64,000 nt of DNA from Magallana gigas (lineage: Eukaryota), in assembly GCF_963853765.1 (NCBI RefSeq), contig NC_088856.1, positions 3,348,001 through 3,412,000 on the forward strand, given 5' to 3'. Position 1 is the first letter of the stretch. Each line of letters opens with the position of its first letter. This document shows, in pieces, positions 1 through 12,100 of this stretch. Under the pieces are notes generated by a model that saw nothing but the letters and a program-made list of their open reading frames with translations, was not told the DNA's origin and did not search any database. The position numbers were made by a program, and so were the translations under genes.

Positions 1-1270
1 TGACATTCTAATTTGAGTTAAAGAGAAAATATTATCTAGATCCAACTATATTGGATGAAATCTGGATTTATTTTTTACTCTGGATTGATCGAGTCCGTTA
101 TTAGAGGAGAAGGAATGGAGAAAGTTTCAGGAAGGGTTGATTGAGTGCTCAGTCATACTCAGATTAAAAATCCATAAAATATAATGAAACCGTCATAAAT
201 CTGAGGTCTGGAGGGACGCAGCGTTACCTGTATGCATCACCTGTATTACCTGTATGTGATCGTTCTCCTATTACAGAGCTAGCCAATTTCTCGGTGTAGA
301 TTTACGGGATTTAACAGTCCTTACAATCATTTCTATTTTAACTGTTCTGCTCAAACATTCTGGCAGTTAAATTGTGTTCTCTTTCTTAAACTGAAGGTCT
401 AAGTACCAGTAATAGCTACTGGTGACATTATGGAATATCATTCCAGATTTCCTATATATTTTAATGATTGCATTAATTACTAAATATTGTTCCTATTTAA
501 CTGGGAATACTGTTCTTGCACTACATGTATTTTTCAAAATTTATTGTATTATGGAATATTGTTTAAATTAGCAAAACAGAAGATCAATATAGTAGGAGTT
601 ACTAAATACACAACAGAATGTTATTCAATAAATTAAATTATTCACATACAGGAATATCTGGCACATAATACATTACTGGTATTTATCTACATGCTTCAAT
701 TGGTATGTATTTGTAATACATTCGAATATTAAGAACAGAGCAGAAATGAGAACAATGAAGAAAAATGTGAAATATGTTGTAACAACCAGTAACAAACACT
801 TGACAGGTCTACAGAACCACTTCAAGCGCTACTTCCTTCACCAGCCACATTTGTTTTTATCACAGGATGCGAATCCAAACAGAGCAACCAAAAACTGTTG
901 AACATCAATGTAAACACATAAAACCACAGACTGGCTTCATCGGTCCAATCAATAGCGGACTAATTAGGTCTCCGATTACAGAGTCGTGCACTATTAAAAT
1001 AATCTCCTTGTAAATGAGCATTTCCTGCAAACAGTCTTTACTGCTTGCATTTTTATTACAATTGTTTATGTCAAAATGTTACTTTTCTTTTAAATTGATA
1101 AAACTATGGTCCTATGGCTGGCAGCTTGATATGCATGTACCGGTGTATCTATCTCTGTTTACAAAGCTAGCGAGTCGGACAGAATGCTTTCACAATGACA
1201 TGACATCACAGATGATCTATAACCTACAAACAGCCGACTGAGTGACCTTGACCTGAGGATCATGGCTTAC

Positions 1271-3535
1271 CTTGGCCTCTAGCATGGCCTTCATGGTGTG
1301 TGTACTGGCCGGCATCTGCTTCAGCTGTAGGTCCAGTTCCTTCAGCTCATCAGACAAACGCGTCTTCTCCTGCAAGACATGACAAGAGCCTCTAACTAAT
1401 TCCATCTAATACACATGTCAAATCAACTACATCAACCTGAAAGTTTATAACTTGTTTAATAATTTAGGGGGGGTGAAAACAATTTATAAGATCCATCTAA
1501 CTATACTATATATACTAAATTAAAAACATAGTTTCTTATCGAAGCAGTGTCAAAATCTTTTATTCAAAAAGATAGGGCCTTTTTATTCTGCTTTTCTGAG
1601 ATAAACTCATTTCCAGTCAATACTATCAGTAAGTGTTGTATGTATACTGCATATCCATTGCAGCATGTAAATAATTGATCAAGTAAACTTCTATACCTAA
1701 CAATGAGCACAAAAACACAATGTTAAGTATTGAGTCTGTCATAAGACACTAAGTTTTGAGTATATTCTGACCTCTCTGAGCGCTGTGGACTCATCCTGCT
1801 GCTGGCTGAGCTCGTTCTGGAGTTGTTTGATCTTTCGCTCATCCTCGAGTCTCTGAGCCTGCAGACTCTCAATCTCGAGCTGGTTCTCCTGAATGTTGCC
1901 CACTGAGTGGCCCTTACTTTGTAACATCTCGAGCAGCTTCTTCATGCTCTCATCTCGAGCAGCCAGCGTCTGTTTCTGAATCTCAATTCGTAGCTCCATC
2001 TCATCAACTGTCTTTCGTAAAATGAGTATTTCTTTTGATTGCTTGTCCTTCTCTCGCTGAAGAATCTCAATTTCTTGTTGAGATATTCGGGAACTTGCCT
2101 GAACATCTTCCCCAAGACTGACTTGGTTTTCCAGACTTTGTATCACAGAGGACTGTTTCTGAGTTTGTTTGGGAAAAAAACACCCAAAATTCAACATGGT
2201 GAAACATGGTTAAAAAACTTTAAAAGGCTATAATTTATCTCTTATTGATTTAAAATGAAGAGCCTCTCTACTAAGAAGAAAATGTTCACATTATGAGACA
2301 ACCAATCACAACTTTTCTTTATCAAGAATAAGTCTTTGCAAATCAAATTTGAAAAAGGCTTTCTATTTAAAAACTTGCATTACTGTTGTTATCAGCTTAA
2401 TTGTTGAAGATTAAATCTTAATAGATCTAGTGATTTTTAAGGGGGCACTAGCCGATCATTGAGGCTACTGATTTTTTTTTACTTATCAAACACAGTTTTA
2501 TGATAAGATGTATCATCCTGACATTGAACTTTTAAACTCCAATTTCAACTCATTTCAATATTACAATACTTATCTTACCTTAAGCTCAGCTTGGGCCACC
2601 TTCAGTTGTTCATTCATCAAACAATACTTTGCACTCTCTTCCTTTCTCAGGGCTCGCTCTTTTTTCAGCTCTGGACTCCAGAAAGTTTTAATACTGTTCA
2701 TACTAGAACTCAGCTTTTCTTTGGTTGAGTCTAGTTCCTGTTGAAGCTTGGCACAGTCCTTGCTTAACTCAGCGATCTGTCCTTCCAAATCCAGGACAAA
2801 AGTGTCACGGAAATTCCTCATCTCTTGATTGTACAGCTGTGTAGTGTAATCTGGACGTTCCATTGAGCGGGACCGCCCGGGGTAGTGGTGGTCACGCTCC
2901 AACGACCTTGCTCCCATATGAGGGTATTCCCTGTCTGTCACCCTCTCCCTGCTAAAACTTGATGACATAGTATAACTGTGTAGGTCTCTGGGACTAATGT
3001 TTGAATTGGATTCACTCTGTGCCAACATCTGAAGTCTGTCAATCTGTCTCTCTAGTGACCGCTCACTGAGCTGTGGGCTTCCATCTTGCTCATATCTCTC
3101 CCGAAGTGAACGAACACTGTGAAGAGTATTGGATTTCATGCCAGAATTTGTTGGGCTGCTATAGGGACTACTGTGGGCATTAGAGAGAACAGGATTAGAA
3201 GATAATGCTGGATTAGAGGGACTATGATAGGGACTTCCTCCTCCATGACTGTTTACTCCTCCCTCGAAATAATATGCATGTCCTGGGGAATGACTTAATG
3301 TCTGGGACCGAGTCAACATTTCTGAGGACCCCATTGGCATGGACTGACCATTCTTAGCTGGAGATGTGTGTGTACTTCCATCAGCGATTACATATCCTCC
3401 CGAATTTTTTCGAGATTTTCCAGAGAAGATATTTTTTGGAAGAGATGCAGTCATGCTGCTGAATGGACCATAGCTGGGGCTCTCCTTACCATTCCGCGCC
3501 TTACCTTCTTTCGACTTCTTGCTTTTACTAAACAT
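1271..3535 (-). CDS. ERC: ELKS/Rab6-interacting/CAST (ERC) family active-zone coiled-coil protein, 5' part; the gene continues beyond the left edge. Exons 3535-2579, 2158-1772, 1369-1271
   Basis: Exon 1 contains the family hallmark KLSSSMNSIKTFWSPELKKERALRKEE. Downstream exons are coiled-coil (QSKEILILRKTVDEMELRIEIQKQTLAARDESMKKLLEMLQSKG). All three exons are joined by phase-0 GT-AG junctions. ERC1 versus ERC2 cannot be assigned (single invertebrate orthologue expected). Confidence 0.93.
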
Positions 3536-3850
3536 TTTGATTTATGACGTCTAGTCATCAGCGAATAATGCGCGAACTCATTATCCTCTTGAGTATACCG
3601 ATTACCGTCTCCGCGGGGGCTTGGGCGAAAGAAGATCTCAATCAGCGAAAAGGTCCATCACAGAGAAAGAGAAAAACGTTTTATGACTAGCTCTGTCAAA
3701 CATGACACCTGCTAAACAAATTTAGCTCGGGTAGGACAACATCTTCGACGGAGTCTGCCTTCACCTGGGCTTTTCTAAAGGCAGACACAACTTCAACATT
3801 TGCAGACAACTTTTTTTCAGCAGCCAGTCTTAATTAATATTTATCTCTCT

Positions 3851-3859
3851 ACTTCCGGT
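3851..3859. promoter_or_regulatory. ETS-type motif (ACTTCCGGT) about 320 bp upstream of the ERC start codon, probable promoter element
   Basis: Exact CCGGAAGT core on the minus strand at the edge of the CpG-richer 5' region of ERC. Motif match only. Confidence 0.3.
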
Positions 3860-4420
3860 GTTTAAATATTTAAGAATGGATTTAAGGAAACGAATTAGTA
3901 AAAAGATCTTTCCGATCCAATATTCTTGTTTTACAAGAACATGTACAAATCATCATTTTTGAAAGTAGGGTGGGGCCAAACTTTACCGAAATCGTGGTAT
4001 GCGCTAATAAATAGATAAATAAATAATCCGCCAATTTTCAATCCGTAATTTGGGGGGGGGGGGGGGGGGGGGTAATGTAGACCGTAACAAACCTATCGAA
4101 CTTCTACTTAAACGTTAATTTTGAATCATTTCACTACAGTTTTGTATACCCCACAAAAATATGGAAGGAGGGCAACTCTTTTAAAATTATATTTCCTATA
4201 TGTAAATTTAAGAAAAATGTTTGCTGCGAGAAACATATTGGGGAGGGGAAGTTTAAACAAAATCATCAGGTTTTAAAAACGATTATAAATTTAAAGTTAA
4301 ATTATTTTTTTCATCTTATCATGGAATTCCTGTACGTACACAGGGTTTGGATTTGAATCATCTGGTTAATTTGGAATAATTTTGTTATCTCAGTACAGTG
4401 ATTTTTGCGGTGGTTGTTGG

Positions 4421-4461
4421 CAGAGACATAAACGTAGACATAGACGTTATTTATGTCTCTG
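4421..4461. mobile_element. 41-bp hairpin micro-insertion (CAGAGAC...GTCTCTG) with 7-bp TSD
   Basis: Terminal inverted repeat CAGAGACATAAA / TTTATGTCTCTG. TTGTTGG lies on both sides (4414-4420 and 4462-4468). Confidence 0.75.
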
Positions 4462-5631
4462 TTGTTGGTAATAGTTTGGAGATTCATCTTTATGGTGACC
4501 AGACCACAGACATAAATAACATGTCTCTGATAATGACATTTAATTTAAACACTTGAATTCCGAGACATGGTCATAAAAAATCATATAAACGATTTTTTAC
4601 AATCATTCCTTAAATCGATATTTTACAGTATACCGTCAACGCGGATCCCGCACTTTGAAACTTTTCGATTTTAAATCTACGTAAATTGCATATCATCCTG
4701 AGAGGATACACTGAAATGAAAAAACAAAACCTGACTGATCCTCTTGTATGCATGCAGCTCATGATCTATTATCATTATCATTTAATTTTCATATGATGTA
4801 CCTTGAAGTTGATGCTTTGTCTATAAATATATAGAACATTTTTTTTTCTCGATTTTTTTTTTGGCGCTTAATAATATGCAAAGTTTTGAGATGCGAAATT
4901 ATTAGTCTCTACATGAATATCAATTCAAAATAATCAATTTTCAATTAAATTAATTATTATTATATAACATGAAGCTTTATATTATTCAAGTATAGTTTCA
5001 TATGATTGACTTTTATGAATACTTCGATAACTGCATGCATGGGGGGGGGGATAGCCCCCCCCCCCGCCCCCATCCCCCATCCCACAAACACACTTTCAAT
5101 TTGTTTCCGACGCCACTGGCATGGGTGTTTCAATTGGTAATCTATACAGGTATAGAGTGAAGTGTCATGACTGGCATTAGCTGTGACAATAATTCAACGT
5201 TCGTTTTAAAAGTAGAGATGTGGACCATTTTAGATGGCCAGGATCCACTTTGATATGAAGTACATTAAGATGAGTGTGATTAGACCTACATGTACATGTA
5301 GCTTGACCTCTAAACCTCTGACCTCTGAATTAGACATTTAGTTCAAGGTAATTGCACATCATTTATCAGACAATCGCTCGGTCTATGGGTGAAGAATTAG
5401 GAGGAATGGGCCAAGAGGAAGGATGGTATCTTATTGACAAAGCATGACAAAGATATGCTGTGACCTTGAACATTTATAAGTGGTGAGGAATAGTTTTTTT
5501 ATAGGTCTGCGCACGCCGTTTTTCTCAATGACATTCTATGGGTAAAGTATGGGCCAAATTGGACAGAGGGAAGTTAAAATATGACCCGGACAAGAATAAG
5601 TCACAAATATCCACCTCTACATGCATATAAC

Positions 5632-5665
5632 CAGGGACGTATATACTATAGTATATACGTCCCTG
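5632..5665. mobile_element. 34-bp perfect palindrome micro-insertion (CAGGGAC...GTCCCTG) with 7-bp TSD
   Basis: CAGGGACGTATATACTATAGTATATACGTCCCTG is its own reverse complement. ATATAAC flanks both sides (5625-5631 and 5666-5672). Confidence 0.78.
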
Positions 5666-6121
5666 ATATAACCCAGCCAAAATAAGGCCGTCCTAAAAAA
5701 AAGGTTTGTTTGGAATTGCCTCCTGGAGGTTTCTAGACCCTGGAGAGGGGGGTTATTTTTCAAAATAGAAGTTTAACTAATTAAGAAGTGGTAAAAAAAA
5801 AAAAAATTAAAAAAATCTCCGCATAAAAAAGTTAAAAAAAAATTTTTTTTGCTAGTAAAATTATATCTCGGGGGGGGGGGGGGGTGGTGGTCAGTGAGGC
5901 CAAATTGGTACATGGCTAGAGTGAAGTGTGAGCCAGATTTGAGGATGACATATTGTAAAAAAATGTGTTGAAATATCCATAATTCGGTCTTATTTAATTT
6001 TGGTTAAAATTATTCGTTTTTTCTATTTTCAATGAGATGTTCGTAAAAATTATTTCATTTTGATTGGTTCGATCAGTACGGCGCCATTATTCAAGAATGT
6101 AAACACGATTATGAGAATAGG

Positions 6122-9100
6122 ATGGCTTCATTTGGACAGGTTTTCATTGATTTGATAATTCAAGAAATGCTTAATCAACCGTCTCAATCAATAATAATGC
6201 AGCTTCTCAAGTTTCACTTTTTCATACGACATATGACCGTGTCGTGTTGACAGCTTTTCGCCCACATGGGCTCGGTTGTCGGATAGTTGAGTTCTTAATT
6301 ATTGGTTCCTGATGACAAAATTTATTAAAATTGGTAATCTTATCTGCATTTCTATTGTCATAAAACCATTCACTGAAAACCCTTGTTTCAATCATGTTTT
6401 AATCCTGTTTCATCCATGTTACAAAAGAGTATTAAACGAATATGTTAAAAAGGAAAAACAGCACATCATTCATATGATACCAAAGCACCTCCTAGACTAC
6501 TGATGGCAAAAGAAAAAGGGACAGGCCAATAAAAACAGCAGAGAACATTGAATACACTTTTTGTAACAGCGAATTACAGACTGTCGTAGAGTTTTCAATA
6601 GCTTGCTGGATTGCTCAGTAGGGTATACAATTTGGTCAGCCAGGTGTCACATTAGGTCTAAATCTAGGTCGTGTGATTACTTAAACAAAAAAATGCTTTC
6701 TTTGGTGATTCATGCGGGATATGAAGGAGGAAACATTGCAGGAAAAATACATAATTAACCCACATTACACTTGTGTAACCCCACAACCTAGATTCAGACT
6801 TGATGTAATACCTGGCCAACCAAATTGTATGTATCCCATTGAGCATTCACGCAAGCTATTGAAAACTCTGCCTGTATTCAGTAATTTGATATAAAGTAAT
6901 TGAAACGGAGGTTTTCAGTGAATGTTTTGTTTTGCAATACACAGAAATACAGATAAGATTACCAATTTTCATCAATTTAGTCTTCAGGAACAAATAATTA
7001 AGTATATATACGGTAACTCGTCATAGGCAAGTTGTTCTAGTGCAAAAAAAAAAATCATATTTAAAAGGGCTCAAATAAAATTGTGTTTCGTAGAGAAGGG
7101 TTATAGCAAGGGTTTGTTTGCCCTATCAACCTACATGTTCATCAGAGTGTTCGCCATAATTATCGTTCACCCTATACCCTGTTTGCTCCATATCCTGTTT
7201 ACCCTATTGTATATTTTATTATAAAATGTGTTTTGTTTTACAGTCGTTTTAATTTTTCTCCTTTTACATCTATCATCATTCAATGCTTTTTTTCTCTTAA
7301 CTGTGAGCAATGTTTACTATAGTTCTAAATTTAGTTATCTAAAATGCACTGTCTATTTTCTGAAAACATAACTGGTTGATTTGTAGATAGCCTCTTTCTG
7401 TATGTTCGTGTTTTGTTGTTTTGAAAACAACTGACGAAATGAGGACGTGATATATATATATAATATAATGGGCCTGATAAGGAAATAAGAAACGGCTCTT
7501 TTGATTTAGAAAAATATTTAATAGCCGTCATTTTATCAATTAAAGAATTTCATTCGTAATCAATGTTTTATTTTGACATAGACCATGCATTTATGTTAGT
7601 CTGATTATAGAATAAATTATTTTATGATATAATATATTTTTACCCTATTGACTAAGAACAATCATTTTACATCAAATGTTTTGAATCTGTGGCAAACAGA
7701 CCTTAGGCACACAAATTTAGGGTGAACAGACCTTAGGCACACAAATTTAGGGTGAACAGTGCATTGAACAAAAGCATTTTAGGTCGAACAAACATACATC
7801 CATGTGAAGTATGAATCACATTTTTACCCTCTGGCAATTTTTTTTTAAACTAAAATAATAGTTTCCAGTAATATAAAATATGGTTTCAGATTGAGTATTC
7901 ACCAGAAGAACAAGATGCCATACAAAATGCCCTAAGGCAGAAGCTTGGCCCTGAGTTCATCAGTCAGCGTGCTGGGGCAGGAGGCCAAAGGGTAAGTGAA
8001 TAAACATCTGATAAAAAAAACCAATGTGTACTACTCTTTATTCCTAATTAAACACGAGGAATTAATATATGCGTAATTTAGAGAAGCGCATCTCACGAAT
8101 TTTGAAATCTCGCCTTTATTTATTGGACATTCTAGTATGTAAACTACATAAAACTATGATAAAAATTTGGCATTTGCAATGTTATGTTTTCGTGATTTGA
8201 TGGAAAACGGCTGAATTGCGGAATTAAGTACCTGCGTAAAATAAGGAATCTACAGTATATACATGATATAGGAAAAAATTGTCAAATGGGCTCCCTCTTG
8301 ACTGTGTTCAGATTTATAGTTTGCTCTTACTCCTGTTTTGAGTCGTAGCTTTTAACCAGTAAATCATACATTGTTGTAAAAAAAAAAAAAAGAGATACTG
8401 TTTTTGACATACTCATGATATTTAGCAGAATTATTGCTTATATGTTACTAGATTAACTGGTGTGTTACCGTCAGGCAATATATCCGCTCTCAATATATTG
8501 ATATATAATGGTATGTTGCATCCTCACACCATCAGGATCCTGAGTTGACTCATGGGCGTGGAGTGGACTCAGGACCCCTCACGTGAAGATGGGTACATTG
8601 GTATTTTCTAGGAATTGAAGGTCTAAAACGTGCTCATTTTAGTGAAATCTATAAGCTATATAGACACTTGAAGTTTTATGATTTGAAATCATCAATTTTA
8701 AAAATGATGCAATTCAGTCTCACCCTTGACTTGTGGTTCATACCATCTATAGACACGAAGGTAACTTACAAGATCATGGTTTTTCAGGAAGGTGAGTGTT
8801 CAGTTATTACCAGTCCCTGGTACCGTATACGGTATATGTATAATGGATGAAATTATCACTATACTCACTATTCATTGTGTCTGTACTCGGGGATTATAGT
8901 GTTTATTAGACACTTGTTTCATATTGCTTTTATCTGACGATGGACTCTATGTCTTATTCATGTTTACAGCTTGCTTACATTGAGGGATGGCGTCTCATCA
9001 ACTTGGCCAATGAAATGTTTGGCTTCAATGGCTGGTCTCACTCTGTGACCCAGCAAACTGTCGGTAAGTCAAGACAAACATCAAAGCATGTATGCTTAAT

Positions 9101-12100
9101 TGTAAGATCTGAGGCAGTAACTACCGGTATATACAATTGAGGACTAATTCTGAGTCCATACTATAGCTCCACTGACTGCTGTCTTCAAGACCATTTCATC
9201 ATCAACAGTCGGTTTTGATATACATTTATTTTTTTTCCAATAAGTGAATAACTGATTCGAGAAAAATAATGCAAAGCATCAGCACTTTGTATATCAGTTA
9301 TTGCATTGCATATACATGTATATGTACATACAAAATGTTTGAATTTTTTAATGCTTGTTTTAAATGTACATCTGTTATTGATATATACTTTCACAGATTT
9401 TGTAGACCACTGTGGAGGCAGGTACTTTGTTGGAGTCAGTGCTTTTGTCAAAGTTCAGCTCAAGGTTTGTGTCATGCACGTGACTAGTTATGCTTCAAAG
9501 TACATAAACATGATAAAGCTCATCGCGAATAAAATTAATCAATATACTAAAGATGTCTTGTCATAGTTTCAAGTAAAGGGAAATAGATAACTCATATTTT
9601 ATACCAATGGTTCCATGTCTCTTTCAACATATAAAATATCAAAAATTTTGAAATGTTAAAACTTGCTTGACATATTAACTATACTCTGTCCCAAGATATT
9701 ACCGATTTACATTTTTATTGATTACCGGTACTTGATATTTATCAATATCTTATGGTTCAATATTCTTTCAAAAGTATGAAAAAATTTCAAGATTTCTTTT
9801 TTTGAAATGCCCCCTCTACTGGCCTCTAGCCTATCAGGTTTCAATACACAGCTAAACAGAGTCTACAGGGATTTTGCATTGCAATAGCCATAAAAGTACT
9901 CGAATAATAACATTGAAAAATTGATAAATCAACTGAAATCATTTAAAAATCCATTTATCATGTTTATCACTTGACATGTTAAAGTAAATATATAAAAACA
10001 GTTATTTTTTTCTTCTCCTGATAAGGATGGTGTGTTTCATGAAGACATTGGGTATGGTGTTAGTGAAGGAATGAAATCAAAAGCTCTGTCCATTGAGAAA
10101 GCTAGGAAAGAAGCTGTTACTGATGGGCTCAAGCGGGCACTCAAGTAAGTATTCAAGTGATCATTAAACGGATTACATTGTTTAAGTCTAATTCAAGTGA
10201 TGGAAAAAAAATTATCAAATATGAATTCAGAATATGAACTCAAAGATAACATGTATTAAATGAACCAGATAATTTTTTTTGTATGTAGAAATCTCTTTGT
10301 TAGTTTGGCAGTTTGTTAATGTAACAATATGTATCAATTGAAGGAGCTTTGGGAATTCCATGGGGAACTGCTTGGCAGACAAAGACTATTTAAAGTGTAT
10401 CAACAGAGCCCCAAAACCTGTAAGTACATGGTGGTGTGTAATCCTTGGTATTCAGTACATGGTGGTGTGTAATCCTTGGTATTCAGTACATGGTGGTGTG
10501 TAATCCTTGGTATTCAGTACATGGTGGGGTGTAATCCTTGGTATTCAGTACTTGGTGGTGTGTAATCCTTGGTATTCAGACACATTATCATACCAACCTG
10601 TAAGTACATGGTGGGGTGTAATCCTTGGTATTCAGTACATGGTGGTGTGTAATCCTTGATATTCAGTACATGGTGGGGTGTAATCCTTGGTATTCAGTAC
10701 ATGGTGGTGTGTAATCCTTGGTATTCAGACACATTATCATACCAACCTATAAGTACATGGTGGGGTGTAATCCTTGGTATTCAGTACATGGTGGTGTGTA
10801 ATCCTTGGTATTCAGTACATGGCGGTGTGTAATCCTTGGTATTCAGTACATGGTGGGGTGTAATCCTTGGTATTCAGTACATGGTGGTGTGTAATCCTTG
10901 GTATTCAGTACATGGCGGTGTGTAATCCTTGGTATTCAGAACATGGCGGTGTGTAATCCTTGGTATTCAGTACATGACGGTGTGTAATCCTTGGTATTCA
11001 GTACATGGCGGGGTGTAATCCTTGGTATTCAGTACATGGCGGTGTGTAATCCTTGGTATTCAGTACATGACGGGGTGTAATCCTTGGTATTCAGTACATG
11101 GCGGGGTGTAATCCTTGGTATTCAGTACATGGCGGTGTGTAATCCTTGGTATTCAGTACATGGCGGTGTGTAATCCTTGGTATTCAGTACATGGCGGTGT
11201 GTAATCCTTGGTATTCAGTACATGGCAGTGTGTAATCCTTGGTATTCAGTACATGGCGGGGTGTAATCCTTGGTATTCAGTACATGGCGGGGTGTAATCC
11301 TTGGTATTCAGTACATGGCGGGGTGTAATCCTTGGTATTCAGTACATGGCGGTGTGTAATCCTCGGTATTCAGTACATGGCGGTGTGTAATCCTTGGTAT
11401 TCAGTACATGACGGGGTGTAATCCTCGGTATTCAGTACATGGCGGTGTGTAATCCTCGGTATTCAGTACATGGCGGTGTTTAATCCTTGGTATTCAGTAC
11501 ATGGCGGTGTGTAATCCTCGGTATTCAGTACATGGCGGTGTTTAATCCTTGGTATTCAGTACATGGCGGGGTGTAATCCTTGGTATTCAGTACATGGCGG
11601 TGTGTAATCCTTGGTATTCAGTACATGGCGGTGTGTAATCCTTGGTATTCAGTACATGGCGGTGTGTAATCCTTGGTATTCAGTACATGGCGGGGTGTAA
11701 TCCTTGGTATTCAGTACATGGTGGTGTGTAATCCTTGGTATTCAGTACATGGTGGTGTGTAATCCTTGGTATTCAGTACATGGTGGTGTGTAATCCTTGG
11801 TATTCAGACACATTATCATACCAACCTGTAAGTACATGGTGGTGTGTAATCCTTGGTATTCAGACACATTATCATACCAACCTGTAAGTACATGGTGGTG
11901 TGTAATCCTTGGTATTCAGACACATTATCATACCAACGTAAGTAAGGTTCCATACCTCAAAGATCCAAGCCAAAAGCAATGTGCCTTGATGATGGCTCCT
12001 GTTTATAAATTATGTTGAGAATGCTTGAAAAATTATGAAAGATGTGTTTTATGATAATTTTAGAGCACTTCAACCTTTTCAAAACAACGAAACTGGTCGT

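Noticed and set aside
1-1270. Further ERC exons left of 1271
   Set aside because: No segment with convincing splice sites and coiled-coil coding character could be fixed by eye; this is probably intron.
7695-7759. 30-bp tandem duplication near RAD52 exon 2
   Set aside because: It has only two copies and lies about 130 bp from the acceptor, so it was not counted among the junction-anchored arrays.
10420-11944. Regular 31-bp repeats as a possible CRISPR array
   Set aside because: Units are directly adjacent with no unique spacers, there are no cas genes, and the context is a eukaryotic intron.
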